NCBI RefSeq assembly: GCF_000007005.1
Contig: NC_002754.1
DNA: 64,000 bases
Strand: one strand, 5' to 3'
DNA from: Saccharolobus solfataricus P2
Lineage (GTDB): Archaea; Thermoproteota; Thermoprotei_A; Sulfolobales; Sulfolobaceae
Both the position numbers and the translations under genes were made by a program. Position 1 is the stretch's first letter, and each line of letters begins with the position of its first letter. Positions 19,998 to 32,647 of this stretch are shown here, one piece after another. Below the pieces are notes generated by a model. The model was not told where the DNA came from and ran no database searches. It saw only the letters and a program-made list of their open reading frames with translations.

Positions 19998-21139
19998 AAG
20001 TTAACACCTGTTAACTTTTTTAATATCTCATTTACTATCTCGTCAGACTCAACGTTCTTTATCATTTGTAAGATCAAATTTGCTTCATCCTCGCTAAACT
20101 TCTCATATTTAGTAAGATATTCAATTATTATCTTATCTAATCCCTTATCTCGTGGCAAGGTGTAGGATAAGTTATCTACTGTTTGAGTAGTTTCATCCTT
20201 ATATATTCTATAATAAAGCGCAACATCGTTCAAAGGAAGTAACTCCTTGTAAAGTAGGTCCTTTCTCATCCTTTCACCCTCTACGATAATATGCAATATT
20301 GGTTTGTTGTTTTCACTTTTATTATGTTCAATTAGATCATCTCTTATCGTTAATATATCCTTCTTTATGTTCTTTGTATTTATAGTTACAACCTTTTGTG
20401 GCCTTACTGTAATATTTATCGTGCTAAGTATAGGTAAGTCTTTTGAAAAGTCTATTAGGTATGCTCCCTTTCCAAATTTTTCATATCCTTCTATCTCCTC
20501 TTCTCTCATTATATCCGGTGAGCCAGCTATTGCAATTACTGAACCGTCATCCTGAGTAAGTCTCCACCTAGTATGTATATGGCCTAAAGCGTAATATCCA
20601 AAACCTTTAGGTAAACTTCCTAATTCCATTTGCCATGAACCATCATATGGCAATATCTGTTTTACTCCTTGATGTAGTAGTAGTATACTCCTACTAGACT
20701 TTGGCCTTAAAGCGGATAACGCGCTAACTAAGATACTTTTTGAAACTGTTGGAATATGAGGGATTCCATACACTTCAATGCCTTTTATTATGTATGGCTT
20801 CTCATAATTCAATATCTTAATTAAATCCAATTCACTTAAAATATTATGAGGAATGAGATAACCTTTCCTCTTTGGAGTGTCGTGGTCCCCCGGTATAGAT
20901 AAGAATGGTATATTGACGTCTTTCAGCCTTTTTAGTATTTTAATAGCCATAACTAATGCATTTGTAGTAGGACTCGAAACGTCAAAAAGATCTCCAGAAT
21001 GTATTATAACGTCAACGTGTTCCTTTATAGCAATATCAACTAGTTGTGAGAAAATATCGTAGATATCCTTCTCTCTTTCAACTAGAGAGTACTGCCTTTT
21101 TCCTAAATGAGTATCAGAAATATGTAAAATTTGTACCAT
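19994..21139 (-). CDS. mre11: Mre11 nuclease
   Basis: SDTHLG, GDLFD, GDHD, LHQ and LGHIH motifs. Confidence 0.97.
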   Translation of the reverse strand: MVQILHISDTHLGKRQYSLVEREKDIYDIFSQLVDIAIKEHVDVIIHSGDLFDVSSPTTNALVMAIKILKRLKDVNIPFLSIPGDHDTPKRKGYLIPHNILSELDLIKILNYEKPYIIKGIEVYGIPHIPTVSKSILVSALSALRPKSSRSILLLHQGVKQILPYDGSWQMELGSLPKGFGYYALGHIHTRWRLTQDDGSVIAIAGSPDIMREEEIEGYEKFGKGAYLIDFSKDLPILSTINITVRPQKVVTINTKNIKKDILTIRDDLIEHNKSENNKPILHIIVEGERMRKDLLYKELLPLNDVALYYRIYKDETTQTVDNLSYTLPRDKGLDKIIIEYLTKYEKFSEDEANLILQMIKNVESDEIVNEILKKLTGVNL

Positions 21140-21141
21140 TT

Positions 21142-22644
21142 TTAATCACCAATTTCTGTTCCAAAGTCAGCAAAACCTTTAGCTATTTTTTCACTTTCCT
21201 CGACTTTCTTCCATTCCCCTATCATGTCAGGGTCTGATCCAAGTAATTTTCCTTCAAACATATCTATCTTTACAACAGCAGGTAATTTTACTATTTTACC
21301 TATAATTATAGCCTCACCAACGTCTAAGGAGGACAATTGCTCAGCCAAATCTTCACTTAAATTATCACTTGACTCTAAGATGTATTTTTTATCAGTTGGT
21401 TCAATTATCTTTAAAATGATCTTATTGGTCATTTGACTTAATATATTTTCGTCCAAACCTTTAGGCCTTTGGCTTACTATTGTTAATCCAACTCCAAATT
21501 TTCTGCCCTCTCTTGCTATCCTGGACGCCCAGTACTTGGTTAATGTATTCTCGTTTTTAGACAAGAAAACGTGAGCTTCTTCTATTACAGCTATTATTGG
21601 GAATTTAAGGCCACTATTTTTGCTTCTTTTAAAATCTTTCCTAGAATCAAGGATTCTTCTTAAATAATGTGAGACTACTGCATCCATTGAGTCTTCATCT
21701 AATTGTGTTAGGCTTACAACGTTTACCTTACCTCTCTTTACTTTCTCAATTATATCTGAAGATGTAAGATCAATGACGTTTGAATACCTATCCATAAATT
21801 CTTCAAACTTATTCAGTACCTCATCCTTTGCACTACTCTTTTTATCACTATTTCCTTGAGTTTCCAATTCGTCTTTCATTAGTTCGTAAAATTGGCTATT
21901 TAGAGTAGAAAATGGTATTTGCCCTTCTTTTAGCTTTTCTCTTATACCATTTGTTACCTTTATGAAAGCTCTTCTTAAAATTCTGTACTGTATAATTGCA
22001 TTCTCTCTTATTTCTAGTAACGTAGAAAATTCCCTTGGGGTCATATAAAGAGGGTTAAGTTTAGGTTCAATACGATTTAGATTCTTTATATCGCTATCAT
22101 AGTACTCTCCATGATAATCGAATATAAGAACAGATCCACCAAGTTCAGAAATTCTTTGAGAAAGAACTGCTACTGTATTTGACTTCCCAGAACCAGTAGC
22201 TGCTAAAATAGCTAAATGCCTTGCAAAGGAATTTATATTTAATTTAACCTCCACATTTTTACCTATTAAGCTTCCTATTCTAATTTGGCCATCTTGAGAA
22301 TAAATACTTTTTAACTCCTCATCTTCAGCCTCTCTAGCTGGGGTTCCAGCGAACGGGGGTATATCGGGCATTAAAAAGTGATTATTCATATCACATAACA
22401 TTTTTACTTTAGCCTTTGTATAAACGGGTATGCTATTGTTGAATTGTTTTAATCTTTGAACGATTTCTATATCATTCATATTATCATCTAGCATAGGGCT
22501 ACCTCTAGTCACGTTTGTTATTAGTCCAAGGGCCTTAACGTTATCATATTCTAGAACAACATAAGTTCCTAATCTAACAGGCCTTTCAGCTAGTATTAAA
22601 GCCTCTTGTGTTGTAGCTTGACCAATTACATAACCAATTATCAT
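21142..22644 (-). CDS. herA: Bipolar DNA helicase HerA
   Basis: HAS barrel, ARHLAILAATGSGKS, IEEAH and REGRKFG...SQRP motifs. Confidence 0.97.
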   Translation of the reverse strand: MIIGYVIGQATTQEALILAERPVRLGTYVVLEYDNVKALGLITNVTRGSPMLDDNMNDIEIVQRLKQFNNSIPVYTKAKVKMLCDMNNHFLMPDIPPFAGTPAREAEDEELKSIYSQDGQIRIGSLIGKNVEVKLNINSFARHLAILAATGSGKSNTVAVLSQRISELGGSVLIFDYHGEYYDSDIKNLNRIEPKLNPLYMTPREFSTLLEIRENAIIQYRILRRAFIKVTNGIREKLKEGQIPFSTLNSQFYELMKDELETQGNSDKKSSAKDEVLNKFEEFMDRYSNVIDLTSSDIIEKVKRGKVNVVSLTQLDEDSMDAVVSHYLRRILDSRKDFKRSKNSGLKFPIIAVIEEAHVFLSKNENTLTKYWASRIAREGRKFGVGLTIVSQRPKGLDENILSQMTNKIILKIIEPTDKKYILESSDNLSEDLAEQLSSLDVGEAIIIGKIVKLPAVVKIDMFEGKLLGSDPDMIGEWKKVEESEKIAKGFADFGTEIGD

Positions 22645-22736
22645 GTATAGATAAAATACTGCTGGCTTCCTAAAATGGCTTACTCATCGTAGAAGAGTAA
22701 TACCTAGAAATGGAAAATTAAAAAGCAAAAATAGCT

Positions 22737-23294
22737 TTACAAGGCTTTGGCAACAGATTTAATTGTTTCTGAGATTTTTGCTTCTTGTTCGGCGAATGCG
22801 CATAGCATTTTTTCAATGTCTTCGTGTCCTTCTTGTTTTGCTGTCATTGCAACCTTATTATACTCACTCACGTGTTGTTCTTGCTCTTCTTTAGCCATTT
22901 CATTTAAGACTTTAGAAACCTTTGCTATCGTTTCTGCAATCTTAGCCTCTTGATCCGCAAAACTGCATAGCATTTTTTCAATGTCTTCGTGTCCTTCTTG
23001 TTTTGCTGTCATTGCAACCTTATTATACTCACTCACGTGTTGTTCTTGCTCTTCTTTAGCCATCTCCCCTACTATTCCTCTTAATTCTTGGTTCTTTAAT
23101 AAGGTCTCGAAGATTGCCTTAGCATGCCCTAATTCTACTAATGCCTTCTCTCTTAATGCCTTAGCTTCTTCTTTCTTTCCTAATTGCTCTAATTTCTCAG
23201 CTACTAGCATTAATGACATAAAATCTTCTGCATTTGCTTTAAATAACTCCTTTAGACCCATTTCGGTTTCCTTTCCGAGAGCCATAACAAACAC
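22737..23294 (-). CDS. Rubrerythrin/ferritin-like protein with internal 55-aa duplication
   Basis: ELGHA (ExxH) motif and two EEQEQHVSEY...EGHEDIEKML repeats. Confidence 0.8.
   Translation of the reverse strand: MFVMALGKETEMGLKELFKANAEDFMSLMLVAEKLEQLGKKEEAKALREKALVELGHAKAIFETLLKNQELRGIVGEMAKEEQEQHVSEYNKVAMTAKQEGHEDIEKMLCSFADQEAKIAETIAKVSKVLNEMAKEEQEQHVSEYNKVAMTAKQEGHEDIEKMLCAFAEQEAKISETIKSVAKAL
22800..23063. repeat. Perfect 99-bp direct repeat, period 165 bp
   Basis: 22800-22898 is identical to 22965-23063. Confidence 0.95.
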
Positions 23295-23456
23295 CTACAT
23301 TAATATACTAATCCAAGGTTTATAAACTTTAATTATACTCTAACTTAATATTGTTATCATTCCATCACACATAATAATACTGTTCCAAGTTACTAGAAAG
23401 CTTACATAAAGAAGTACTAATTAAAATTATTAGTATATTCCTCCTATTTAAGCTTA

Positions 23457-23509
23457 ACGTGATGAATAACTCCAATCCTGATCAATGATGTAGTAACTCG
23501 CGACTGAAT
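23457..23509 (+). ncRNA. Box C/D methylation guide sRNA
   Basis: C GTGATGA (23459), 12-nt guide, D' CTGA (23478), C' ATGATGT (23485), 12-nt guide, D CTGA (23504). Confidence 0.9.
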
Positions 23510-23542
23510 TGCATTTATACCCATTTTTTAATATTCAAGTAT

Positions 23543-25048
23543 ATGATTTCGGTAAAAGAAATGAGGGCTTTGGAAATAAATAGTTCTGCTTTAGGCGTAT
23601 CTACATTATTACTCATGGAGAATGCAGGTAGATCCGTTAAAGACGAAATAGTAAAGAGATTTAACGTAAAGGATAAGGTAGCATATGTTTATGTAGGACA
23701 TGGTGGAAAAGGTGGTGACGGGTTAGTAGCGGCAAGACATTTAGCCGATGAAGGTGCTAAGGTAACCGTAATTTTATTGGGAGAAAATAAACACGAGGAT
23801 GCAATCCTTAATCTTAATGTCATAGAAGAGATGGACTATTCAATAACGTTAGTTGAGATAAAGGATATGGATGAACTAAAGCCAATCTCTGCTGATATTT
23901 TAATCGATGCCATGTTAGGTACGGGATTCTCTGGAAAGCCAAGAGAACCGTTTAGAAGTGCGATAAAAGCGTTCAACAATAGTAAAGGGTTCAAGGTCTC
24001 TATAGACGTTCCCTCCGGGATAAATGCTGATACTGGTGAAGCATATGAAGACGAGTATGTTAAACCGGATCTGGTTGTCACCTTTCACGATATCAAACCT
24101 GGCTTATTAAAGTATAATTTCAATACTGTGGTTACGAAAATAGGTATTCCAGTAGAAGCCGAAATATATGTTGGGCCAGGGGATTTAATAGTTAACGCGC
24201 GTAGTAGACCTTATTACTCTAAGAAGGGTGATAGCGGAAGAGTACTAGTAATTGGAGGAAGTTACACTTTTAGTGGTGCTCCAACTCTAGCCGCTTTGGG
24301 TGCTTTGAGAGCTGGAGCTGACCTAGTTTATGTAGCATCACCAGAGGATACGGCTAGAATTATAGCGGGATACTCTCCAGACTTAATTACAATAAAATTA
24401 AGGGGAAAGAACATTTCTCCAGACAATTTTGAAGAATTGAAATTATGGATAGATAGAGCTGATGTGGTAGTTATAGGTCCGGGAATGGGTCTAGCTGAGG
24501 AGACTATTGAGGCTTCTAAACTAATTGTGAATTATCTTAAAGAGAAGAATAAGCTAGCTGTTATTGATGCTGATGCACTTAAGGCAATAAGTGGGTTCGA
24601 TTTGTATGAGAATGCTGTAATAACACCTCATGCAGGCGAATTCAAAATATTCTTTGGAGAAGAACCAGATAAGAACATAAGAGATAGAATAAGCCAAGTA
24701 ATTACTTATGCTAAGAAATGTAAATGTACAGTTCTACTTAAGGGTTATGTTGATATAATAAGTGATGGTAAAAGGTTTAAATTAAATAAAACTGGTAACC
24801 CAGGTATGACTGTAGGTGGGAGCGGGGATACGTTGACTGGTATAACAGCAACATTAATGGCTCAAAAAATCGAACCATTTATAGCCGCATATTTAGGGGT
24901 TTTCATAAATAGCCTAGCTGGAACTTTAGCATATAATAGGCTCGGAGCTCATTTGACACCTACTGACATAATAAATGAAATTCCAAATGTGATAAATAAT
25001 CCCTTGGATTCTTTCAAAAGAAAATTGTATAAAAGAGTTTTAAGTTGA
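23543..25048 (+). CDS. nnr: Bifunctional NAD(P)H-hydrate epimerase/dehydratase
   Basis: LMENAG, GKGGDG, IDVPSG, KKGDSG, TPHAGEF and GGSGD motifs. Confidence 0.95.
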   Translation: MISVKEMRALEINSSALGVSTLLLMENAGRSVKDEIVKRFNVKDKVAYVYVGHGGKGGDGLVAARHLADEGAKVTVILLGENKHEDAILNLNVIEEMDYSITLVEIKDMDELKPISADILIDAMLGTGFSGKPREPFRSAIKAFNNSKGFKVSIDVPSGINADTGEAYEDEYVKPDLVVTFHDIKPGLLKYNFNTVVTKIGIPVEAEIYVGPGDLIVNARSRPYYSKKGDSGRVLVIGGSYTFSGAPTLAALGALRAGADLVYVASPEDTARIIAGYSPDLITIKLRGKNISPDNFEELKLWIDRADVVVIGPGMGLAEETIEASKLIVNYLKEKNKLAVIDADALKAISGFDLYENAVITPHAGEFKIFFGEEPDKNIRDRISQVITYAKKCKCTVLLKGYVDIISDGKRFKLNKTGNPGMTVGGSGDTLTGITATLMAQKIEPFIAAYLGVFINSLAGTLAYNRLGAHLTPTDIINEIPNVINNPLDSFKRKLYKRVLS

Positions 25049-25489
25049 GTTTTGTCTCTTTATTATCTCTAATGATTTGTCAGCGTGTTCCTCTGCCTTC
25101 TTCAGATTTTTCAAGATATTTACTATTTTGCCATTCTCGTCTATTATGAAAGTCACTCTTTGGGCACTAGTCCCCCTTTCGTTTAACACACTATAAAGTT
25201 TCGATATTGTTTTCTGATCATCGGCAACTATTGGGAATTTAGCTCCATATTTCTCTGCGAATTTTTTCTGAGTATCAATTTTATCTACACTAACGCCTAT
25301 TACCTCAGCATTCAATTTTTTGAATTCGTCATAGAGTTCAGTAAATCTTTGTAGTTCCCTTGTACAACCACTGGTAAAGGATTTTGGGTAGAAGTATAAT
25401 ATTACTTTTTTTCCTCTAAAATCTGATAACTTAATTTTTCCGAGAGTGGATTCAGCCTCGAAATCTGGTGCTTCTTCTCCTACGTTCAT
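25040..25489 (-). CDS. bcp: Peroxiredoxin, BCP family (1-Cys)
   Basis: YFYPKSFTSGCTRE motif. Confidence 0.93.
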   Translation of the reverse strand: MNVGEEAPDFEAESTLGKIKLSDFRGKKVILYFYPKSFTSGCTRELQRFTELYDEFKKLNAEVIGVSVDKIDTQKKFAEKYGAKFPIVADDQKTISKLYSVLNERGTSAQRVTFIIDENGKIVNILKNLKKAEEHADKSLEIIKRQNST

Positions 25490-25569
25490 ACTAATTTAAC
25501 TCTTGCGTAATTCGGATATAAGAATTTAGACAAAATATTTTTACTTCTTACTCATAGTCAGTTAGTAAA

Positions 25570-27105
25570 ATGAGAATCATACCACGCACTATGTCAACAC
25601 AACATCCCGATAATGCAAAAGTACCAGAGTGGGCAAAAAGCGAAGTTATTGAAGGAGAAGACGAAGTTAAAGAAGCCTTCCTAGCTTATAGTATGTATGG
25701 AGTTCATGAGGTAATGTGGGATGCTGAGGGAAAAGATGTAGATACTCATGTGGTAAGAAAGTTATTGTCAAATTATCCAGACTACTTTAGAGAACATATT
25801 TTAGGTAAAGATCTGTTTCTAACTTATAGGTTACCTAACCCAAAGGTGGAAGGTGCTGATAGAAAAGTTTTTGCCGAAACCATGGAGAGTATTCCAATAA
25901 CTTATGATTTGGCAGAGAAATTTTACGGTAATGGGATTACGATACCAGTTTTTGAAGTAATTTTACCAATGACAACTAGTAGTTTAGAGATAATAAGTGT
26001 GGCTAGGTATTACGAAAAGGCAGTTGCAAATGAAGATGAACTAGAACTTTACGATGGTGTAAAAGTAAAGGATTTAGTTGGAGAAATATATCCTAAAGTA
26101 ATAGAAGTTATACCACTAGTCGAAGATAGGGACTCTCTTCAAAATATTAACAATATAGTGGAGGGGTATTATAAGGTAATTAAACCTAAGTATATGAGAG
26201 TCTTTTTAGCCAGATCGGATCCAGCAATGAATTATGGAATGATAACAGCTGTTCTGTCAGTAAAGATTGCCTTAAGCGAGTTATACAAACTTTCAGAATC
26301 GTTAAACTTTGAAATATATCCAATAATTGGTGTTGGTTCACTTCCATTTAGAGGTCATTTATCTCCTGAAAACTATGAAAAAGTATTGGAAGAGTATAAG
26401 GGAGTTTATACATATACGATTCAATCAGCGTTTAAGTATGACTATGATTACGACAAAGTAAAAAGTGCTATTTCTTCAATAAATAACTCAAGGATTAGCC
26501 CAGCTAGAATATTGGAAAAGTATGAGGAGGATGTTCTAAGAAAGATAACGATCTTATATACTGAACGTTACCAGCCAATTATAGAAAGTCTTGCAAACGC
26601 TATAAATGACGTCTCCGTGTTACTTCCTAGAAGAAGGGCCAGAAAACTTCATATTGGTCTTTTTGGATATTCTAGAAGCGCAGGCAAGGTTAGCTTACCT
26701 AGGGCAATCTCTTTCGTGGGTTCATTATATTCAATAGGAATACCACCAGAACTAATAGGAATTTCGTCTTTAAGCAATTTAGATGAGAAAGAATGGGATA
26801 TATTCAAACAGAATTACGTTAATTTTAAACATGATCTACAAACTGCTGCGAGATTCCTTAATTGGGAGTCGTTCAAATTAATTAAGGATATATGGAAAAT
26901 TAGTGAGGATACTATAGCAAAGATCAAGGAAGATATCGATTACGCTGAGAGCGTGATAGGCATAAAATTAGGCGGCATAGATTACGATAGTAGAAAACAC
27001 ATCCTAATGTCTTCGCTATTTTTACTATCATTTAAAGAGAAAATACTTCAAGAATCTAAGAAGTATTTATATGAGATGGCATTAATTAGAAGATCCTTGG
27101 GATGA
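25570..27105 (+). CDS. ppcA: Archaeal phosphoenolpyruvate carboxylase
   Basis: [24 protein letters not shown] and LPRAI motifs. Confidence 0.96.
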   Translation: MRIIPRTMSTQHPDNAKVPEWAKSEVIEGEDEVKEAFLAYSMYGVHEVMWDAEGKDVDTHVVRKLLSNYPDYFREHILGKDLFLTYRLPNPKVEGADRKVFAETMESIPITYDLAEKFYGNGITIPVFEVILPMTTSSLEIISVARYYEKAVANEDELELYDGVKVKDLVGEIYPKVIEVIPLVEDRDSLQNINNIVEGYYKVIKPKYMRVFLARSDPAMNYGMITAVLSVKIALSELYKLSESLNFEIYPIIGVGSLPFRGHLSPENYEKVLEEYKGVYTYTIQSAFKYDYDYDKVKSAISSINNSRISPARILEKYEEDVLRKITILYTERYQPIIESLANAINDVSVLLPRRRARKLHIGLFGYSRSAGKVSLPRAISFVGSLYSIGIPPELIGISSLSNLDEKEWDIFKQNYVNFKHDLQTAARFLNWESFKLIKDIWKISEDTIAKIKEDIDYAESVIGIKLGGIDYDSRKHILMSSLFLLSFKEKILQESKKYLYEMALIRRSLG

Positions 27106-27911
27106 GAATACTAGTAAACGGTCTACTACCACTGGATTCGGGTAAGACAACGTTTTCATTATCCATAATTAGACTATTTAATCAAGTAGGAATCAGATTG
27201 TTTCCATTCAAGCCAATTGCCGGGCATAATGCTTGGTATAGCTTTAACACTCTCATAAGGAGTGAAGAGTTAGGAATATTGGTTGGGAATGATGCTTTAA
27301 AGTATTATGATGAAACAAAATATGATATTAGGAGAATTAATCCATTTGCTGTCCTTTTCGTTCCTATAGATTTGGAAAAGATAAGCTACAACGTATCTCT
27401 ATATAATATGATAATGGAGTATGGATTTCCATATTTAATAAGGTTAAGTGACTGCATTAATGGGACAGATCAGTATTTTGTAAACAGTAGTGCAGATATA
27501 TATGTGCCGAAATCAATGCTGAAATTTACTAGAAACCTAGCCCTAAAATTTAACGCAAAATTATATGATAAAATGAGAGAGATAATAGACGCTTCTCCAC
27601 AACTAGTAGACAATTGTACTATAGATGTATTTAGAAACTATGAAAACGTGATAATAGAGTCCTATAATGACTCGGCTTCTCCTACTTATAATTCGACTAA
27701 CGTAGATTACGTATTTACAGTCTCCCCTACAAAAGCGTTTCTCATAAAAGGTCAGGAATTTAAGAAGGCCTTATCGTTATTTTCAATCCCGCCATGGAAT
27801 GTTAGAGTCTCCACTCTTATGAAGTATCTAAAAATAGGGAAAAGTTTTGAAATAGATGTAGGAGAAAGAGTTGCTAAAGACGAGATTCTAGATATATTAC
27901 TTAAGTCTTAG
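27102..27911 (+). CDS. Predicted P-loop ATPase (dethiobiotin-synthase-like fold)
   Basis: [23 protein letters not shown] and IESYND motifs. Confidence 0.8.
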   Translation: MRILVNGLLPLDSGKTTFSLSIIRLFNQVGIRLFPFKPIAGHNAWYSFNTLIRSEELGILVGNDALKYYDETKYDIRRINPFAVLFVPIDLEKISYNVSLYNMIMEYGFPYLIRLSDCINGTDQYFVNSSADIYVPKSMLKFTRNLALKFNAKLYDKMREIIDASPQLVDNCTIDVFRNYENVIIESYNDSASPTYNSTNVDYVFTVSPTKAFLIKGQEFKKALSLFSIPPWNVRVSTLMKYLKIGKSFEIDVGERVAKDEILDILLKS

Positions 27912-28570
27912 AGTTTTTTCTCTACCTCAAAAGCTAATCCCTTGTCGGGTACGTACAATTTTCCAATGCGTTTTAGTACAGATGCAGCTACTCCCAATCC
28001 TCTTTGAATATCTGGATCCTTTAACAACTTGTAAATTTCCCAAATACTGGTTATGGGTTTTACATTTTCGGTTTTTAAGGCTTCTCCAGTTGCAGAAACC
28101 AATAAAGTATAATATTTGAAGTTAGTTAGATCTATTCTTGACAGATCATTAATGATCTCCTCCCAATGGTTAATTAGGTTTAATGTGAAATCATTTATTA
28201 GAGCATTTATTATCTTTCCTAAGCTTTCTTCATCTTCTAATAGTCCAATTATGGGGTCTAAAATTCCTTTGCTCCTAACTTTATCTATAAGATTTATTAA
28301 AAATTGTATATTGTATATATTGTCCTCATTAATAAATAACTTAGTGGTCTTTATGACTTTATCCCAATTCACTAATAATTCTAAAACATCATCACTAGTA
28401 AGTGACCCTATTATCTTTCCTATTGTGTTTTCATCTTCTAATATTCCTTTAATTACGTCAAGTATGCCAAGTCTATCAGTAGTGTTAATTACGTCTAGGA
28501 TTTTGTTAAGACTGTTAAGTTTTTCATCTTTCAGTAAATTGTCTAAAGCATAGAATTCTCCATTAGTCAC
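27908..28570 (-). CDS. DUF1641-family protein downstream of sqr
   Basis: C-terminal LLKDPDIQRGLG motif. Confidence 0.8.
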   Translation of the reverse strand: MTNGEFYALDNLLKDEKLNSLNKILDVINTTDRLGILDVIKGILEDENTIGKIIGSLTSDDVLELLVNWDKVIKTTKLFINEDNIYNIQFLINLIDKVRSKGILDPIIGLLEDEESLGKIINALINDFTLNLINHWEEIINDLSRIDLTNFKYYTLLVSATGEALKTENVKPITSIWEIYKLLKDPDIQRGLGVAASVLKRIGKLYVPDKGLAFEVEKKL

Positions 28571-28576
28571 TTTAAT

Positions 28577-29830
<1,254 letters not shown>

Positions 29831-29954
29831 TTAAAGTTAATAAATGTTTGTTTCTATAAACTTTAATCTCTCCCTTTTTATAAAGTCATCATTAACTATT
29901 TCATTTTGTTAAAAATGTAAAAAAGCTTATAACTTTTTGAACCAGTAATTAGTT

Positions 29955-30548
29955 ATGCAGCAGTTAATAGATAAGTTCATAAATGTAAAAGGACGTAAAA
30001 TTCATTACATCGAGAGTGGAGACGGTTCTCTTGTTCTTTTATTTCATGGTGCGAGGTTCAACGCAAGAACGTGGGTAGAGACTAATACAGTTGACTCAAT
30101 TTCGAGTATAGGGTACAAGGCAATTTCGGTGGACCTTCCGGGATTTGGATCTTCCGAAAAGATTGAAGGCATTAGTCTCTCAGAGTTCATAAATCTCTTC
30201 ATGAATTCTCTAGGTATCGATAAGGCAATATTGCTGGGTGCCTCAATGGGTGGGAAGGCAGTACTAGAATTTAGTCTTAAATATACTGAATCTGTTTCTG
30301 GGCTAGTACTAGTAGGTGCTGTGGGTGTAGAGGAGTTTGAGGTTCAATTATCAAAACTAAATAAGATTCCCTTACTATTAATTTGGGGTTCTCGTGATAC
30401 CGTTTCTCCTAAAAGAAATTATAAGTTAATATTAGATAAAGTCAAAAATGCGAAACTAGAAATTGTAGGTAAAAATCACGCTTGTTATTTAGATGATCCA
30501 AACACGTTTAATGAAAAAATTGTTAATTTTCTCAAGGGGATGAAATGA
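29955..30548 (+). CDS. Alpha/beta hydrolase
   Basis: FHGARF, GASMGG, WGSRD and HACY motifs. Confidence 0.9.
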   Translation: MQQLIDKFINVKGRKIHYIESGDGSLVLLFHGARFNARTWVETNTVDSISSIGYKAISVDLPGFGSSEKIEGISLSEFINLFMNSLGIDKAILLGASMGGKAVLEFSLKYTESVSGLVLVGAVGVEEFEVQLSKLNKIPLLLIWGSRDTVSPKRNYKLILDKVKNAKLEIVGKNHACYLDDPNTFNEKIVNFLKGMK

Positions 30549-31186
30549 GTGATAGAGAGGAATTAAGCGCTAAACTTAGGATAATATTGAGGGATATAAG
30601 ATATCTTACTGTTCTAAAACACTTGAAAATTGCTAATGTAGACTATGGTAAGTCGATAATGCTAAACACTAAGATTCCATTGACTGAGATAGTTGAGATA
30701 TTGGATGACCTTGAAAAATTAGGTTTAATAGAGAGAGTTCACGGTGCAACCCTAAAGAATACTGAAGCCAAATTTAAGCTTAGTTCTGAGGTACACAAGC
30801 ATCACACGTATTATAGACTCACCAGAGAAGGAGATCATCTATTAAGGCATTTAGATGATAGAATGTTAATCGATGTCTATATGGATATCGTCAAGAATGA
30901 TAATCTAGCGTTAAATATTCTTAGACTAGCAGATGAACTTAACGCAGATCATGCCCTAACGTATGCAAAATTGACTCATAAGAGACTAGAAGAGATTACA
31001 CCAAAGATTGAGGAGTTAGTTAAGATGGGATTATTAGAAGAAAAGAATTCGAAGATAATTAAATTTGCCGATAGAAAAGCTAAGCCGAAAAAGGAAACAA
31101 GGACTCACCATAAATATTACGGTCTGTCAAGGATTGGAGAATTAGTGGTTAGGGAGATGAAAAGAAGGGGGATTTTACCTAAGTAA
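30545..31186 (+). CDS. Tandem winged-helix protein (DUF2250-like)
   Basis: Two homologous units, each ending in H(K)H.YY.L(T/S)R.G. Confidence 0.7.
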   Translation: MSDREELSAKLRIILRDIRYLTVLKHLKIANVDYGKSIMLNTKIPLTEIVEILDDLEKLGLIERVHGATLKNTEAKFKLSSEVHKHHTYYRLTREGDHLLRHLDDRMLIDVYMDIVKNDNLALNILRLADELNADHALTYAKLTHKRLEEITPKIEELVKMGLLEEKNSKIIKFADRKAKPKKETRTHHKYYGLSRIGELVVREMKRRGILPK

Positions 31187-32122
31187 TTCTTTTACATTAT
31201 GTATGACTTTTGGTATAGCTTCTGTAATATCTTCATTTATAATTGTGTTGTAATTCTTTTTAACTATTTCACTTATTATTTCATCTATTTTTCTTCTCGC
31301 TATTAACTCAACTATTTTAGCTCTTCTGTCTATTATTCTCTTTTTAAATAACTCTTTTTGTTTCAAATAATTAAGATGATCCTCTATTTTGTTCACTAAT
31401 TCAATAATTCCCTCATTTTTTATTGCTACAGTCTTAACAATAAGTGGTTTCCATCCATTTCTGTAGGAAATCTCTGCACTATCAATAGCGAATTTTAGTG
31501 TATTAAATGCCAATTCAGCATCTTGTCTGTCAGCCTTATTTAAAACGTATATATCTCCAATTTCCATTATTCCAGCCTTCAACGCTTGTATATCATCTCC
31601 CGCACCGGGTATTGATACTACTAAAATTGTGTGAACACTCTGCTCTACTTCCGTATCTGTTTGTCCAGCCCCTACGGTCTCTATTATTATTTTATCATAT
31701 CCTAATCCATCTAGAGCTTCAGTAAGCATTAGTGCTTCTGCTGAAATTCCACCAAGATATCCTCTAGATCCTATACTTCTCACGAAAACGTTTTTGAGCA
31801 TTGTCTTATCTTGAAATCTTAACCTATTTCCCATAAAGGAACCCATAGTGTATGGACTAGATGGGTCTATTACTATCACTCCAACTCGATGCCCTCTAGA
31901 TACGTATTCTTGGATTAATCCGCCTATTATGGTACTCTTCCCTGACCCGGGGATTCCGGTTATGCCAATAACATGTGCATTTCCCGATCTTTTTGAGAGA
32001 GTTCCTAATGCACTTATTCCTTCATCGGTCATGTACTCAATCTTTGTTAATAACCTAGCTATTGCTAATTCATTTCCATTTAATGCTTCTTCTATTAATT
32101 TTGATAAATTGTTATTCAACAC
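31175..32122 (-). CDS. meaB: Methylmalonyl-CoA mutase GTPase chaperone MeaB/ArgK
   Basis: [21 protein letters not shown] and NKAD motifs. Confidence 0.93.
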   Translation of the reverse strand: MLNNNLSKLIEEALNGNELAIARLLTKIEYMTDEGISALGTLSKRSGNAHVIGITGIPGSGKSTIIGGLIQEYVSRGHRVGVIVIDPSSPYTMGSFMGNRLRFQDKTMLKNVFVRSIGSRGYLGGISAEALMLTEALDGLGYDKIIIETVGAGQTDTEVEQSVHTILVVSIPGAGDDIQALKAGIMEIGDIYVLNKADRQDAELAFNTLKFAIDSAEISYRNGWKPLIVKTVAIKNEGIIELVNKIEDHLNYLKQKELFKKRIIDRRAKIVELIARRKIDEIISEIVKKNYNTIINEDITEAIPKVIHNVKELLR

Positions 32123-32537
32123 TTATACCTCTTTTTTCCCTTGCTACCTTTTTAACCTTCTCTACTATTTCTTTAAGACTACTACCAGGCAGAAAGACTT
32201 CATCAACTCCCATTTCTTTTAACTTTTTAATATCCTCTGGCGGTATTACTCCTCCAACTATTAATCCTACATCATTTAATCCATTTTGTTTCATTATCTC
32301 TACTACTTTTGGTATCAACTCCAAATGAGCTCCGCTTAATATGCTAATTCCTATAACGTCTGCGTCTTCCTGCAATGCAGCTCTTACTATCTGTTCTGGA
32401 GTTTGTCTTAATCCAGTATACACTACCTCCATTCCCGCATCTTTTAGTGCTCTTGCAACTACTTTTGCCCCTCTATCGTGCCCATCTAAACCTAATTTTG
32501 CCACAATAACCTTAATTCTTTTTGTTGTAATCATCAT
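32112..32537 (-). CDS. Methylmalonyl-CoA mutase, B12-binding subunit
   Basis: [10 protein letters not shown] and GLRQTPE motifs. Confidence 0.95.
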   Translation of the reverse strand: MMITTKRIKVIVAKLGLDGHDRGAKVVARALKDAGMEVVYTGLRQTPEQIVRAALQEDADVIGISILSGAHLELIPKVVEIMKQNGLNDVGLIVGGVIPPEDIKKLKEMGVDEVFLPGSSLKEIVEKVKKVAREKRGISVE

Positions 32538-32647
32538 TATTACTAATACTTAAAACGTTTAAACTTTTTGCTAATCGTTTTGTTTACCCTTAAGGTCGAT
32601 AAATATGGGTAAAAGTTTAATAATCACGCTTATTAAACACTCATCAT

